DNA of 64,000 bases. It comes from Vicugna vicugna (Eukaryota). The position numbers were made by a program, and so were the translations under genes. This document shows positions 61,736 to 64,000 of this stretch, piece after piece (position 1 is the stretch's first letter; every line of letters starts with the position of its first letter). The notes beneath the pieces are model-generated. The model made no database searches. It was not told the DNA's origin and was given only the letters and a program-made list of their open reading frames with translations. The DNA lies in contig MU058781.1 of assembly GCA_013265495.1 (NCBI GenBank), positions 2,272,158 to 2,336,157 on the forward strand, in the 5' to 3' direction.

Positions 61736-64000
61736 CCACCCCATGCAGGCAGTCTACAATCGGACTGTATTCATATCTCCAGAAATATTGGAGGAGACAG
61801 TGGGAATGGGTGATCACCAATGCACCCTCAGTAGTGAGTAAAAAAATCTCGACTTTGTTACATGGTGACAACTGCTCAGAAGCATGATCTTTGTCACAGA
61901 GTTGACATGGAGAAATGGAGGGAGGGAGTGTGTGAATGTGTGTGTAGATGTGAGCAGATGCAGCACCAGGTCTCTGTCTATGAGGCTAAACACTTAGAAT
62001 TGGTTTTCTTTCTGTCAAAGAGGAAACTTGTTTTGAATGTATCCATCTTTGATAAATTAAATCCTTTAGAAATCATACCTTTTTAATCTTATACTTCCAA
62101 AGAATTATTTGTAAATTCATATCTCATTAACAACTGTGCCATTTCTCCCCCTCAAAAAGACAATTGTTTAAATTGGACATCTTGATTCATAGTTAATAAT
62201 GAGATTTAGGTCAGGTGTGAATCTTGGTCCCGAGGTAAGCTTATTACTGGGAAACCAAAAGAACGCAAACAGCATATGACATCCAACTATACATTTTGCT
62301 ATTTGCTGCACATGAGTTATGAAATTGGGAAGGTAGAGGAAGATGAATAATTTATTTCCTAGAAGCCTTTTCAGCCCCAGCAAATAGACCCTAATTAGGT
62401 GAACCTGCTCTCCGTACCCTAAGCATATCCAAACCTGTCTGTATCCAGCATGAACACAGGGCGTTGTTCTGAAGGTAGGATCCTAAATATGCTAACCGAT
62501 AAAGAGAATGGTAGTGATTTTGGAATAGAAATAAAACATCATTTCAAATACAGGCTCTTCATAAAGTCTTATTACAGTTTTCAAACTACTATTTTTTTCT
62601 TTGTTTTGAGGCATGACCTTGAAGAATCAATAAGCATAATTAGTCAGAAAATTTCTTTCTTTGCTTTGCTTATAGAAATTAATTTGGCAAGCCATGGTTA
62701 ATTCAGCAAGCATGTTTGCACTACCCATATTTTGTGTATCTAACCCACTGTATACAATTGTGCCCTGTGATCACTTTGAACTGCTGCCTGCAGTTTATGT
62801 TTTGAAGGTTCAGAGTTGCAGGAGGGCTTTAGGGAGACCCTTATGGTGTGAGAAAGGAGGGTTTCTTGTTTCCTGACTTCACATAAGGCATGTTCTTAAG
62901 CATAATCTTTTATTTGCTGCTCATTGAAATCTTGTCAGTCCTGAGAGAACAGTATACTGGGGATCATTCTAAATCAAATCCGCGGAGCTCATGTGGTCTA
63001 GGTCTTCCAGGGAGGGGTCGCTCGGCAGCTGAGTCTGCAATGCTGTGTGTACTTTACCAGGGGCCCTCTGGCAGCAACAGTCCCATATTGGTGGGCTAAC
63101 CTACTAGTGACTTCAGTGGTTTAAACTTTAAGAAAGATTTTGCTAGATTACAGAAGGGGGAGTGGTGCTTGAGCAAGCCACTGGGGAAGGTTTAGAGGTG
63201 AGGAAAGTCTTTCAGTGCTTTGGAAAACACATCATGCTGACATTCTACTGACAACTGCTCTGCAGTTTCTATCTGCAGCTTGTTTGGGCCCAAACTGTCA
63301 TGGTCAGGACCTAAGGGGGTAGGAGGCATCATTTACCTTATAGGAGTTTGATATTAAATACCCACCATCAGTTAGGTAACTTTTGAGAACATAAGGAAAC
63401 AAGATGCCCTGTGTAGTGTTTTAAGTTTGAGGAAACTAAAAGTGGAGAATGAAAAGGTATTCTGCTCTTAGATCTCAATTTATCTAGAGGCCAGGAAGGG
63501 TCTCCATCACCTCTTTGTCATCTCTGACCAAAGCAGTAAATGACATTAAACCTCTCTGTGTGATTTCACACTGAAACTGTAATTGAGCAGACATCTGGCA
63601 GCACTTCCTTGGCACAGAGAATAAATGTTCAGAAACCCAAGTTGCAGTTCTGAGAAGCAAGCAGCACAAATCCACGTCCCTGCCTACTCACTGCAAGGCC
63701 CCTCACCCTCTCAGCAACTGTTCATCTTCACACAGCAATGAAGCTCAGATGCCAACTCTAACGTCTATGGAACTCACCTCAGGCTGCTGGGGTTTCCTAA
63801 AGGGGAAAGGGAGGGAGCTCGAGACCAAGCCCAACTTCCTGTGTACAGGGGATTTCCGGCCCAGAGCTCCACCCTGCTGGGACCGCTCTGCCCCAAAGAG
63901 CAGAAATGCTGTGTGGGAACGGGCAGGCCCCTCGGCCCTCACCTGGCCATGCAGCCACCTCTCCAAGGAGGATGCTCACCTGCAAGCTGTTTTTCTTAAG

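Noticed and set aside
45400..64000. Second gene, lncRNA or novel system upstream of ADTRP
   Set aside because: Only short ORFs in repeats or unique AT-rich DNA, with no recognisable coding exons, CpG island or RNA gene. A lncRNA cannot be excluded without transcript data.

Overview
This is mammalian genomic DNA, most likely camelid, judged from a Vic-1-type tRNA-derived SINE and camelid-type L1 3' ends. It holds one protein-coding gene, ADTRP (androgen-dependent TFPI-regulating protein, an AIG1-family Thr/His FAHFA hydrolase), on the minus strand. Coding exons 1-5 are at 44813-44965, 35408-35542, 33763-33864, 11339-11454 and 1817-1968. They splice in frame through GT-AG introns into 219 codons plus 1 nt, and the catalytic Thr47 and His131 are intact. 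The last exon was not found and presumably lies left of the window. About 19 kb upstream (45-64 kb) shows no recognisable gene. The rest is typical interspersed repeats (L1, L2, MIR, MaLR/ERVL LTRs, hAT and Tigger MITEs), with family names assigned from recalled consensus sequences rather than a search. I found no new biological system. The most notable items are a twin-primed, 5'-inverted L1 with a 17-bp TSD and a sense poly(A) signal ahead of the catalytic-His exon, two short dispersed direct repeats that look like templated-insertion repair scars, a tandem acceptor at exon 2, and a dense stress-response motif cluster in intron 1.
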